Position numbers and translations under genes: made by a program. A model generated the notes under the pieces. The model was not told where the DNA came from, searched no databases, and saw nothing but the letters and a program-made list of their open reading frames with translations. A stretch of 64,000 nt of DNA from an uncultured Actinomycetota bacterium (GTDB lineage Bacteria > Actinomycetota > UBA4738 > HRBIN12). Positions 52,014-61,812 of this stretch are shown piece by piece; within the stretch, counting starts at the first letter, position 1; the number at the start of each line of letters is the position of its first letter. The stretch covers positions 72,283-136,282 of the forward strand of contig CAVXMB010000005.1 in assembly GCA_963762745.1 (NCBI GenBank). Reading direction: 5' to 3'.

Positions 52014-53975
52014 GTGACCGAGCCTCAGCAGCACATCGACGCGCTCCTGCAGGAGAAGAGGGTCTTCCCACCGCCCCCGAGCTTCGTCGAGCAGGCCCTC
52101 GTTTCGGACCCGGAGATCTACGAGCGCGCCGCTCGGGACCCCGACGCGTTCTGGGCCGAGCAGGCGGAACAGCTGGACTGGAGCCGACGGTGGGACACCG
52201 TGATGGAGTGGACGCCTCCCTTCGTGAAGTGGTTCGTGGGGGGGACCCTGAACGCCTCGGTGAACTGCCTGGACCGCCACGTCGAGGCCGGCGGCGGCGA
52301 CAAGGTCGCCTACCACTGGGAGGGGGAGCCGGGGGACACGAGAACGATCACCTATCGAGAGCTCCTCGACGAGGTCTCCCGCCTGGCCAACGGACTCCGA
52401 TCGCTCGGGGTGCGGAAGGGCGATCGGGTGAACATCTACCTCGGCATGGTGCCCGAGTTGCCGATCGCGATGCTCGCCTGCGCTCGGATCGGCGCTCCAC
52501 ACTCGGTCGTGTTCGGCGGCTTCAGCGCCGACTCGCTCCGCGACCGCATCAACGATGCGGAGGCGAAGGTGCTGATCACCGCGGACGGTGCGTGGCGCCG
52601 CGGTCAGGTCGTCCCGCTCAAGGCGAACGCGGACGAGGCCGTCAAGGATTGCCCGAGCATCGAGCATGTCATCACTCTGCGGCGCTGCGAGAACGAGCAC
52701 GAGTTCACCGAGGGCAGGGACATCTGGTACCACGATCTGGTCGCGGACCAGCCCACCGAGTGCCCGCCGGAGGAGATGGACGCGGAGGACATCCTGTACC
52801 TCCTGTACACGAGCGGCACGACCGGCAAGCCGAAGGGCATCGCCCACTCCACGGGCGGGTATCTCACGCAGGTCGCGGCGACACACCGCATGATCTTCGA
52901 CATCCACGAGGACGACGTCTTCTGGTGCGCCGCCGACTGCGGGTGGGTCACCGGCCACTCCTACATCGTCTACGGGCCGCTCGCGAACCACACGACGGGG
53001 ATCATGTACGAGGGGGCCCCCGACTGGCCCGACAAGGATCGATGGTGGTCGATCGTCGAGACCTACAAGGCCACGATCCTGTACACGGCGCCAACGGCGA
53101 TCCGCGCGTTCATGCGATGGGGCACGGAGTATCCGGGCAAGCACGACCTCTCCTCGCTCCGACTGCTCGGGTCGGTGGGCGAGCCGATCAATCCGGAGGC
53201 GTGGGTCTGGTACTGGAAGGTGATCGGCGGCGAACGTGCCCCGGTCGTCGACACGTGGTGGCAGACGGAGACGGGCGCGATCCTCGTCTCTCCGCTCCCG
53301 GGGGTCACCGTCCTCAAACCGGGGTCGGCCACCGTTCCGCTCCCCGGCATCCAGGCGGACATCTTCGACGACGAGGGGAAGAGCGTGCCGCTCGGCGGGG
53401 GCGGCTACCTGGTGCTCACGCGACCCTGGCCTGCGATCTCACGGACGATCTGGGGAGATCCGGACCGATACGTGGAGACCTACTTCTCGAGATACGGCCC
53501 GGAGATCTACGTCGCGGGCGACGGCGCGAAGCGAGACGAGGACGGGTACTTCTGGCTCCTTGGCCGGATCGACGACGTGATGAACGTCGCCGGGCACCGC
53601 CTCTCCACCTTCGAGATCGAGTCGGCGCTCGTGGACAACGACAAGGTCGCCGAGTCGGCGGTCGTCTCGAAGCCGGACGACCTCGTGGGCGAGGCGATCG
53701 TCGCGTTCGTCACCCTCAAGTCGGCGTACGTGGGCGACGACGCGATGGCGGAGGAGCTCCGTGATCACGTCGCGGCCAAGATCGGGAAGATCGCGCGGCC
53801 GCACGGGATCATCTTCACGACCGACCTGCCGAAGACGCGTTCGGGCAAGATCATGCGCCGCCTCCTCCGCGACGTGGCACACGGGCGGGCGCTCGGCGAC
53901 GTGACGACGCTCGCCAATGCGGAGATCGTCGAGCAGATCCGCGAGATGTCGGACGGCTCGTCGGGCGAAGACTAG
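52014..53975 (+). CDS. acs: acetyl-coenzyme A synthetase
   Basis: GTG 52014 within track ORF 51180-53975. [11 protein letters not shown]...[11 protein letters not shown]...[11 protein letters not shown]...WWQTETG...[12 protein letters not shown]. Confidence 0.95.
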   Translation: MTEPQQHIDALLQEKRVFPPPPSFVEQALVSDPEIYERAARDPDAFWAEQAEQLDWSRRWDTVMEWTPPFVKWFVGGTLNASVNCLDRHVEAGGGDKVAYHWEGEPGDTRTITYRELLDEVSRLANGLRSLGVRKGDRVNIYLGMVPELPIAMLACARIGAPHSVVFGGFSADSLRDRINDAEAKVLITADGAWRRGQVVPLKANADEAVKDCPSIEHVITLRRCENEHEFTEGRDIWYHDLVADQPTECPPEEMDAEDILYLLYTSGTTGKPKGIAHSTGGYLTQVAATHRMIFDIHEDDVFWCAADCGWVTGHSYIVYGPLANHTTGIMYEGAPDWPDKDRWWSIVETYKATILYTAPTAIRAFMRWGTEYPGKHDLSSLRLLGSVGEPINPEAWVWYWKVIGGERAPVVDTWWQTETGAILVSPLPGVTVLKPGSATVPLPGIQADIFDDEGKSVPLGGGGYLVLTRPWPAISRTIWGDPDRYVETYFSRYGPEIYVAGDGAKRDEDGYFWLLGRIDDVMNVAGHRLSTFEIESALVDNDKVAESAVVSKPDDLVGEAIVAFVTLKSAYVGDDAMAEELRDHVAAKIGKIARPHGIIFTTDLPKTRSGKIMRRLLRDVAHGRALGDVTTLANAEIVEQIREMSDGSSGED

Positions 53976-53992
53976 GAAGCCCTCGCGGCAGA

Positions 53993-55782
53993 TCAGCTCG
54001 CGAGGTGCCGCTTGAAGAAGTCGATGGTCATGCGCGCGTGGGCGATCTTCTCCTCGACCTCGAGCGCGTGGTGACCACCGGCGTAGAGGTGCACGTCGAC
54101 CTCGTGCGCACGAGCGCGGAGGGCATGGGCGTAGACCATCACCTGGCCGAGGGGGCAGCGGCTGTCGTGCTCGCCGGCGATCAGCAACATCGGGGCCTGC
54201 ACTCGATCCACGTACGTCATCGGGTTCCGCTCACGGTAGAGCTCGGGAAGCTCCATCGGCGAGCCTCCCAATGTCGCGATGTCCCACGCGCGCATCGTGG
54301 GCGCGCTCTCGTAGTGCGCGGCGACGTAGTCCCCCACCGGGATGCCGGCGCAGGCCGCGCGCCAACGATCCGGATGGAGACCGGCGATGAGGGTGGTCAG
54401 GTATCCGCCCCATGACCAACCCTCCAGGAACAGCGCGTTCCCGTCGGCGATGCCCTTCTCCACGAGATGATCGACCCCCGCCACGATGTCTTCGGTCTCC
54501 GGGAATCCGATGTTGCCCTTCAGCTCCTCGCGGAACGCCTTCCCTCGACCGGTGGATCCCCGGTAGTTGGTCTGGAGGACCGCGAACCCCTCGTCGACGA
54601 ACGCCTGCAGTCCCGGATCCCACAGATCGGTGTGGTGATACTCCGGCCCCCCGTGGATCGACGCGATCGTCGGGAACGGGCCCGAACCCTCGGGGGTCGT
54701 GACGAACCCGTAGATGGTGTCGCCGGCAGGGTTGGTCCACGAGAGCCAGCGACTCCGGGTGCCGGGTGGGGGGGATCGAGCGGCAGGGCGAGGGCCACGC
54801 GTCCGTCGCGGGTTCGCACCGACGGAGGGTCGACGCTCGAATCTCCCCGGAACCAGAGCTCGCCGTCGGGTCGGTATCCGGCTTCGTAGATCGTCCCCTC
54901 GAGGGTCGCTGCCTCCTCGAACGAGCCCGAGGCGGGATCCACGGTGAGGAGCCGGTTGATGCCCTCTCCCGGGTCGTTGTGCACGAGGAGATGAGCGCCG
55001 TCGGGCGTCCACCCCTGAGGGAGGACGGGTCCCTCGACGTCCTCCATCGCGAGGTCCACCCGTTCCCGCGTGTCGAGGTCCCATACCGACGGGCGTTCGA
55101 TGCCGGACCGTTCCTGGGTGAACAGGAGCCGCCGGGCACCCTGTGCGGGCGACCAGGCGACCGCTTCCATCCGCCGATCCGGGTCGACCTGGTCGCCCGC
55201 GGACTCGCCGGACCGGCTGTCCAGGATCCGGAGCGCCTGCCGGTCGATGTCGCCGTGCTCGGAGTGGTGGATGCAGAGGAGCGCGCCGTCGGGAGAAAGA
55301 CCGCCGCCCCCTTGTGGCCACTCGCTGCCGACCCCCGCGGGCTCCGGGTTGCGGTAGAGCTCGCGGGCAGGCTCCTCCCCGAGGGACACGAAGACCCGAT
55401 AGTCATCGTCCGTGGCGAGGCCGGCCGCGACACCTCCGTCGATGACGGACACGCCCATCATCCAACCGTCGTGGAAGCCCCGGAAGACGGGTCGAGCATC
55501 GCCTCCCTCGAAGGGTGAGACCATCCAACGTCCGCGCTCGTTCCCGACCTCGTCGTACCACCACACCACGCCCGAGCCGTCGGGGACGATGTGCGCCTCC
55601 TCCGCGCCGACGCCCCCGTGGGAGACGCGGCGCCGCTCGTTCGAGCGGAGATCCCAGGTCCACGCCTGGGTGCTCCCGTCCTCGGTCGTGACGGCCGCCA
55701 GGCGGTCTGGGTCGTGGGGTGACCACGCAACCTGCTCGATCGTCGGGTAGGTGAACCGGAGGGTCCAGCTCGGTCGTGTCAT
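53993..55782 (-). pseudogene. S9-family (prolyl oligopeptidase-type) serine peptidase with beta-propeller, frame broken at a 7-nt homopolymer
   Basis: N-terminal propeller is in the frame of ORF 54520-55893 (from Met 55782: MTRPSWTLRFTYPTIEQVAWSP...). The C-terminal catalytic domain is in the frame of ORF 53993-55321 (WLSWTNPAGDTIYGFVTTP...GWSWGGY...GEHDSRCP...GGHHAL). The frames meet at G7 (C7 on the coding strand) 54768-54774, and an eighth C would restore ...LDPPPPGTRSRWLSW... Confidence 0.8.
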
Positions 55783-55886
55783 CGGCGGAGAGGATATGCC
55801 CCCACCGGGGGGCGTGAAGGACGCCGGGGGGACTCGGCGGCGGATCCGAGCGGTTTGCCACTCGCGGGGAGGCCCCCCTAGAATCG

Positions 55887-55913
55887 TTAGCACTCGGGTG
55901 TCCCGAGTGCTAG
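55887..55913 (+). promoter_or_regulatory. CIRCE operator (HrcA binding site) upstream of groEL
   Basis: TTAGCACTC-GGGTGTCCC-GAGTGCTAG, against the consensus TTAGCACTC-N9-GAGTGCTAA. Located ~105 nt upstream of the groEL ATG. Confidence 0.85.
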
Positions 55914-57641
<1,728 letters not shown>

Positions 57642-57660
57642 GCACACCGCTCACAGGTCC

Positions 57661-57706
57661 GAAGGGGCCGGCGCGCCGAAGGCGCGCCGGCCCCTTCGCG
57701 TTTCCC
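57661..57706 (+). terminator. rho-independent terminator after groEL
   Basis: 17-bp perfect stem GAAGGGGCCGGCGCGCC-GAA-GGCGCGCCGGCCCCTTC followed by GCGTTTCCC. Confidence 0.8.
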
Positions 57707-57712
57707 GATACC

Positions 57713-58078
57713 GTGACGGCCGTGACGGCAGAGGTGAAGGTTCCGATCCGCTGGCGCGACGTGGATGCGTACGGCCACGTCAACAACGCCGTGTTCCTGA
57801 ACTACCTGGAGGAGGCACGTGATCGCCTCGTCGAGTCTCTCTTCGGCGAGCGGGCCTGGGACTTCGTCATCGCGCGCGTGGCGATCGACTATCGGAGCGA
57901 GCTCAACCAGAGCGACCGAGAGGTGACGGTGGAGTGCCGGGTCACGGGGTTCGGCACCTCGAGCGTCCGCACCGCCGAGCGGGTGCTCGCGGGCGACGGG
58001 AGGCTGTCGGCGGAATCAGAGTCCGTGATCGTGGCGAGGGATCCCGAGACGGGTCGGAAGCCGGCCGTTGACCGATGA
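57713..58078 (+). CDS. acyl-CoA thioesterase, hot-dog fold (YbgC/4HBT type)
   Basis: 121 aa. VPIRWRDVDAYGHVNNAVFLNYLEEAR... Confidence 0.85.
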   Translation: MTAVTAEVKVPIRWRDVDAYGHVNNAVFLNYLEEARDRLVESLFGERAWDFVIARVAIDYRSELNQSDREVTVECRVTGFGTSSVRTAERVLAGDGRLSAESESVIVARDPETGRKPAVDR

Positions 58079-58114
58079 GGAGAAGGTGATCCTGCAGGGC
58101 GCGGTCGACGGCGC

Positions 58115-59425
58115 CTAGGGACTCGGCTTCGGAGACGGAAGGATGCGTCGTCCGTGTACGAAGTGCTGCCGGTACCAGCCCGTTTGGACCCACATGAGCG
58201 TCACGCCGCCGACGCTGCTCGAGGAGTCGAGTGACCAACCGTTCCCGACGTAGACGTCGACGTGGTCGACGATCCCGTCGTCATCGCCGTCGTAGAACAT
58301 CAGGTCTCCCGGCAACAGCTCGGCGTACCTGAGCCTGTTCTTCGTCATACGCGACATCTCTGCCGACGACCGTTGGGGCAGCGCCCAGCCCTCGTGCGGG
58401 CGGGGAGGTGAGATCTCCCAGTAGACGCCGTCGTCTGCTCGTAGCGCCCACCAGGAGAGTCCCGAGCAGTCGAACCCAGGTCCCGGCTGGCTCCCGAAGG
58501 CAGCCGGGGAGGTGGAGTTGAACCCCCACTCGCCGGCCCAGATGTACGGGTAGCCGACGTAGCGGACACCCCAGTTGACGATCGAGTGACGCGCCGCGCC
58601 CATCTTGGGCAGGGCAATCCCCGCGTACTGATCCGCGAGGTAGGGAACGACCCAGTCGTCGAGCGTCGTCGCCCGGTACAGGGACCACGCGGCTTGCTTG
58701 CGCCGGAGCCTCGAGCTCGGCGTCACGTCTTGGGACTCGTCGACCTTGTTGTTGTAGCGGAGCCCGAGTCGCATCGCGAGGAGGTTGATGCCGAAGGATC
58801 GGGGCGTGTCGAACACGAAGCCGTCGGTCGTCGCCAGCCGATCGAGCGCGGCCGCGGTCGACCCCATCCCGAGCGCCCGAACGAGGGCGCGATGGACCTC
58901 TCGAGCCGTCACGGCCTTGTCCGGTTCGAATCCACCGCCGGCCCGCCGGGTCATCCACCCACGCTGCACGGCGATCGCTGCCCAGCGGTGGAACGGATCG
59001 GCCGGGTCGAGGTCGGTGAACGTCACGGTTGGATCGGGCTCCGCGTCCGGGTCGTACGCCAGCACCATCGCGCGCGCCCACCGCTTGCGCGTCTCGAACC
59101 TGTCGGGCTTGAAGCTCCAGTTGCCGTCCCGATCGGGTGCGAAGTCACGCATCCAGTCGTAGGTGCCGGCCACGTGGTTGATCGCGGGCTTCGCCCACAC
59201 GTCGTCCGATCCCAGGTCGGTCCAGGTCATCGACGGGATCAGCATCCGCTCCGAAGAAGTGGTGTGCGCGGGGAACGGAGCGGGGCCGCTGCCGTCTTCG
59301 CCGTCCGTCCAGGACGGCGGTGTCGCCTGTGCCGCCGTTGCGGCGAGCGACTGCACGAGCGCGACAGTGAGCGTCAGCAGCACGCCGGATGTCAGGCGAC
59401 GGCGAAGCCCACCCCTCTTGGCCAT
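58115..59425 (-). CDS. secreted NlpC/P60 peptidoglycan hydrolase with SLH-like repeats
   Basis: Met 59425 (MAKRGGLRRRLTSGVLLTLTVALVQSLAATAAQA signal peptide) within track ORF 58115-59578. SLH-like FTDLDPADPFHRWAAIAVQRGWM...GFEPDKAVTAREVHRALVRAL. Catalytic GFDCSGLSWWA...VDHVDVYVGNG. Confidence 0.85.
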   Translation of the reverse strand: MAKRGGLRRRLTSGVLLTLTVALVQSLAATAAQATPPSWTDGEDGSGPAPFPAHTTSSERMLIPSMTWTDLGSDDVWAKPAINHVAGTYDWMRDFAPDRDGNWSFKPDRFETRKRWARAMVLAYDPDAEPDPTVTFTDLDPADPFHRWAAIAVQRGWMTRRAGGGFEPDKAVTAREVHRALVRALGMGSTAAALDRLATTDGFVFDTPRSFGINLLAMRLGLRYNNKVDESQDVTPSSRLRRKQAAWSLYRATTLDDWVVPYLADQYAGIALPKMGAARHSIVNWGVRYVGYPYIWAGEWGFNSTSPAAFGSQPGPGFDCSGLSWWALRADDGVYWEISPPRPHEGWALPQRSSAEMSRMTKNRLRYAELLPGDLMFYDGDDDGIVDHVDVYVGNGWSLDSSSSVGGVTLMWVQTGWYRQHFVHGRRILPSPKPSP

Positions 59426-59475
59426 ACTTCCAACGTCGGCCCCCGGCAGGTGGAACTTGAGCACCCGGGTCGAGG

Positions 59476-59979
59476 CTAGTCCGAGGGGCCCTCCCCGCGC
59501 ACCTCCTGGACCTTCTTCAGGGCGTCCCGAAGGTCCTTCAACCAATCCTCCTGGCGCTCGGCGACCAGCCGAACGCACCAGGCGAGCGCGTGGCTCCGGC
59601 TCCGCGCCACGCCCGATTCGATCAGGGTGTCCAGCACGAGCCGCTCGTCCATGCGGAGGCGCGTCATGGCGGGGACCGAGAGGGTCGTGAAGGAGGCGGT
59701 GAGGTCCCCGCAGGACGCGCCCCAGCTCACCTTCCGGCCGAAGCGCCGTTGCGCCTCGTCGGCGATGCGCATCCGCTTGCGGCGGGTGTCCTCCCGGAAA
59801 CCCGAGATACGTGCCGTCAGGGCCGCCTCACGGGCCTCAGGACCCGCTTCGGCAGGGAGCTCGGGTTCTGAGAGGGCTCCCACGACCATGATCTCCTCAC
59901 GGTCACCGGTGACCGTGGGGCCTCCGACGAACCACTCCGACGGGATCCGACCGGCGAACCATCCGGCGATCTCTTCCAT
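59476..59979 (-). CDS. hypothetical protein (167 aa)
   Basis: High GC3 and a balanced composition. The C-terminal helical region ERLVLDTLIESGVARSRSHALAWCVRLVAERQEDWLKDLRDALKKV is faintly ribbon-helix-helix-like. I cannot name a family. Confidence 0.6.
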   Translation of the reverse strand: MEEIAGWFAGRIPSEWFVGGPTVTGDREEIMVVGALSEPELPAEAGPEAREAALTARISGFREDTRRKRMRIADEAQRRFGRKVSWGASCGDLTASFTTLSVPAMTRLRMDERLVLDTLIESGVARSRSHALAWCVRLVAERQEDWLKDLRDALKKVQEVRGEGPSD

Positions 59980-60106
59980 GAGGTCCTCCTTCGAGAAAGT
60001 GCAAGCCAGATTACATCATTACCTGCCCGGTGGCGAGTGCGGGCCAGTGCGGCGGCCCGTGCTCGGTGCCGGCGATGCGGCCGATGCGCTCTGTACCTTC
60101 TGCCCG

Positions 60107-60511
60107 ATGGAGGTCTTCGAATTCGACGTCGACACGGATGGACGTCGCGTCGTGGACCTGACCGAGCGCATCAGGGCGTTCGCCTCGCAGACCCGGGGCG
60201 ATGGGCTCCTGCACGTGTTCCTGCCCCATGCGACGGCCGGGCTCGCGCTGATGGAGACGGGCAGCGGTTCCGAGGAGGATCTGGAGGAGGCGCTCGGTCG
60301 GCTGCTGCCGCGTGACGATCGCTACTCCCATCGCCACGGTTCGGTCGGCCACGGCGGCGACCATCTCCTGCCCGTGTTCGTGTCCCCGTCTCTCACGCTG
60401 GCGGTCGAAGGAGGCAGACCCGTGCTCGGCACGTGGCAGTCGGTGGTCGTCGTCGATCCCAACCGCGAGAACGACGTCCGGCGAGTGCGCCTCAGCTTCC
60501 TGGCCGGCTAG
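60107..60511 (+). CDS. YjbQ/UPF0047-family protein (secondary thiamine-phosphate synthase type)
   Basis: ATG 60107 within track ORF 59627-60511. VFLPHATAGLALMETGSGSEEDLEEAL...YSHRH...GGDHLLP...GRPVLGTWQSVVVVD...RRVRLSF. Confidence 0.85.
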   Translation: MEVFEFDVDTDGRRVVDLTERIRAFASQTRGDGLLHVFLPHATAGLALMETGSGSEEDLEEALGRLLPRDDRYSHRHGSVGHGGDHLLPVFVSPSLTLAVEGGRPVLGTWQSVVVVDPNRENDVRRVRLSFLAG

Positions 60512-60909
60512 AGGTACTGCCCCGGTGTGCGGTCGCTGCGCGTGCCGGCCGCCGGTGGTGACGACACCGCCTGAACGTCTCGCTCGCGGAGCAGGACGAG
60601 CTCTTGACCGTCCAACTCCACCTCGAGGCCGGAAGACGGCAGGAACAGCACGCGATCTCCCTGCGTGGCCACGCGCACGTCAGGGCCGACGAGTTTCACG
60701 TCCGCCCAGGAGAGGCGTTTGGGGGCCGGGGCCGCGGTCGCCGGGATCAGCAGACCGCTCGCGGACTTCCGCTCCCCGTTCTCCGGCAGCTGCACCACCA
60801 AGCGGTCACCGGTGAGGCGCACGTCGCCCCCGACGGTGGCGAGCTTCTTGACGCGTGGACGCCGTGTTTTCGGCGCCTTCGCGTCTCCGGCGGACGGCGT
60901 TCCCGGCAT
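60508..60909 (-). CDS. divergent GroES/Cpn10-family protein with basic N-terminal and Pro-rich C-terminal extensions
   Basis: 133 aa. The core aligns by eye to Cpn10: LTGDRLVVQLPENGERKSASGLLIPATAA...VKLVGPDV...QGDRVLFLPSSGLEVELDGQELVLLRERDVQAV. Confidence 0.7.
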   Translation of the reverse strand: MPGTPSAGDAKAPKTRRPRVKKLATVGGDVRLTGDRLVVQLPENGERKSASGLLIPATAAPAPKRLSWADVKLVGPDVRVATQGDRVLFLPSSGLEVELDGQELVLLRERDVQAVSSPPAAGTRSDRTPGQYL

Positions 60910-60951
60910 GGGCCGAGTCTAGCGAGCGCCACTCGATAGGATGCTCCGACG

Positions 60952-61812
60952 TTGAAGGCACGCAAGGTCCTGGACGACGCGGTCAAGGTCCTCAAGGCCT
61001 CGCCCGCGATCGATCACTGGCAACGGGGACGGGAGCGGATCGAAGCCGAGGATCTGCTCTGGCACGTCCTCGGCGAGGAGCCGGATCCGAAGGACGACGT
61101 GACGGTCGCCGATCGCCGAACCTTCGATCGGCTCATCCGTCGCCGCGCGACGGGCGAGCCGATCCCGTTCATCAAGGGCTACGCGGAGTTCCGCGGGCTG
61201 GAGCTCCTCGCCCGGCCGGGTGTGTTCGTGCCGCGCGACGCCTCCGAGAACCTCGTGACGCAGGCAACGCGTCGACTCCGAGGTCGGCGCCGGCCCGTGC
61301 ACGTCGATCTGGCGACCGGCGCAGGAACGATCGCGCTCGCCGTTGCGAACGAGGTGCCGAAGGCCACCGTGGTGGGCACCGATCTCTCCGCGGACGCGGT
61401 CAGGCTCGCACGGCTGAACGCGAAGCGGCTGGGGCTGCGAGCGAAGTTCGTCACGGGGGATCTCTTCGGCGGTCTGCCGAAGGGGCTCGCGGGCACCGTG
61501 GACGTCGTCACCGTGCACCCGCCCTACGTACCGATGCGCGAGCTGAAGGATCTTCCCGAGGAGATCCGGGAATGGGAGCCGGAGCACACGCTCACGGACC
61601 GGAGCCGCGACGGGCTCGGACTCATCGGTCGCACGGCACGAGAGGCGCCGGCGTGGCTCGCTCGCGACGGATGGCTCCTGATGGAGGTGAGTCCCGACCG
61701 GGTCACACATGTGAAGCGGGTGCTCGGGGGGGAGGGGTTCCGGGACATGCGCAGCACGAAGGGCGGGCCGATCCCGCTCACGAGGGTCGTCGTCGCAAGG
61801 CGCCCCGCGTGA
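60952..61812 (+). CDS. HemK/PrmC-related N5-glutamine-type methyltransferase
   Basis: 286 aa, TTG start. SAM motif VDLATGAGTIALA...VVGTDLS, and catalytic tetrapeptide HPPY (NPPY variant) in VVTVHPPYVP. Confidence 0.8.
   Translation: MKARKVLDDAVKVLKASPAIDHWQRGRERIEAEDLLWHVLGEEPDPKDDVTVADRRTFDRLIRRRATGEPIPFIKGYAEFRGLELLARPGVFVPRDASENLVTQATRRLRGRRRPVHVDLATGAGTIALAVANEVPKATVVGTDLSADAVRLARLNAKRLGLRAKFVTGDLFGGLPKGLAGTVDVVTVHPPYVPMRELKDLPEEIREWEPEHTLTDRSRDGLGLIGRTAREAPAWLARDGWLLMEVSPDRVTHVKRVLGGEGFRDMRSTKGGPIPLTRVVVARRPA

Noticed and set aside
51180-53975. N-terminal extensions of track ORFs: 51180-53975, 60855-63752, 15956-17164, 20703-21467, 23480-25192, 25852-26949 and 59627-60511
   Set aside because: The upstream parts overlap neighbouring real genes out of frame and are Arg/Pro-rich. 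Conserved N-termini and start/stop overlaps identify the internal starts given in the feature list.
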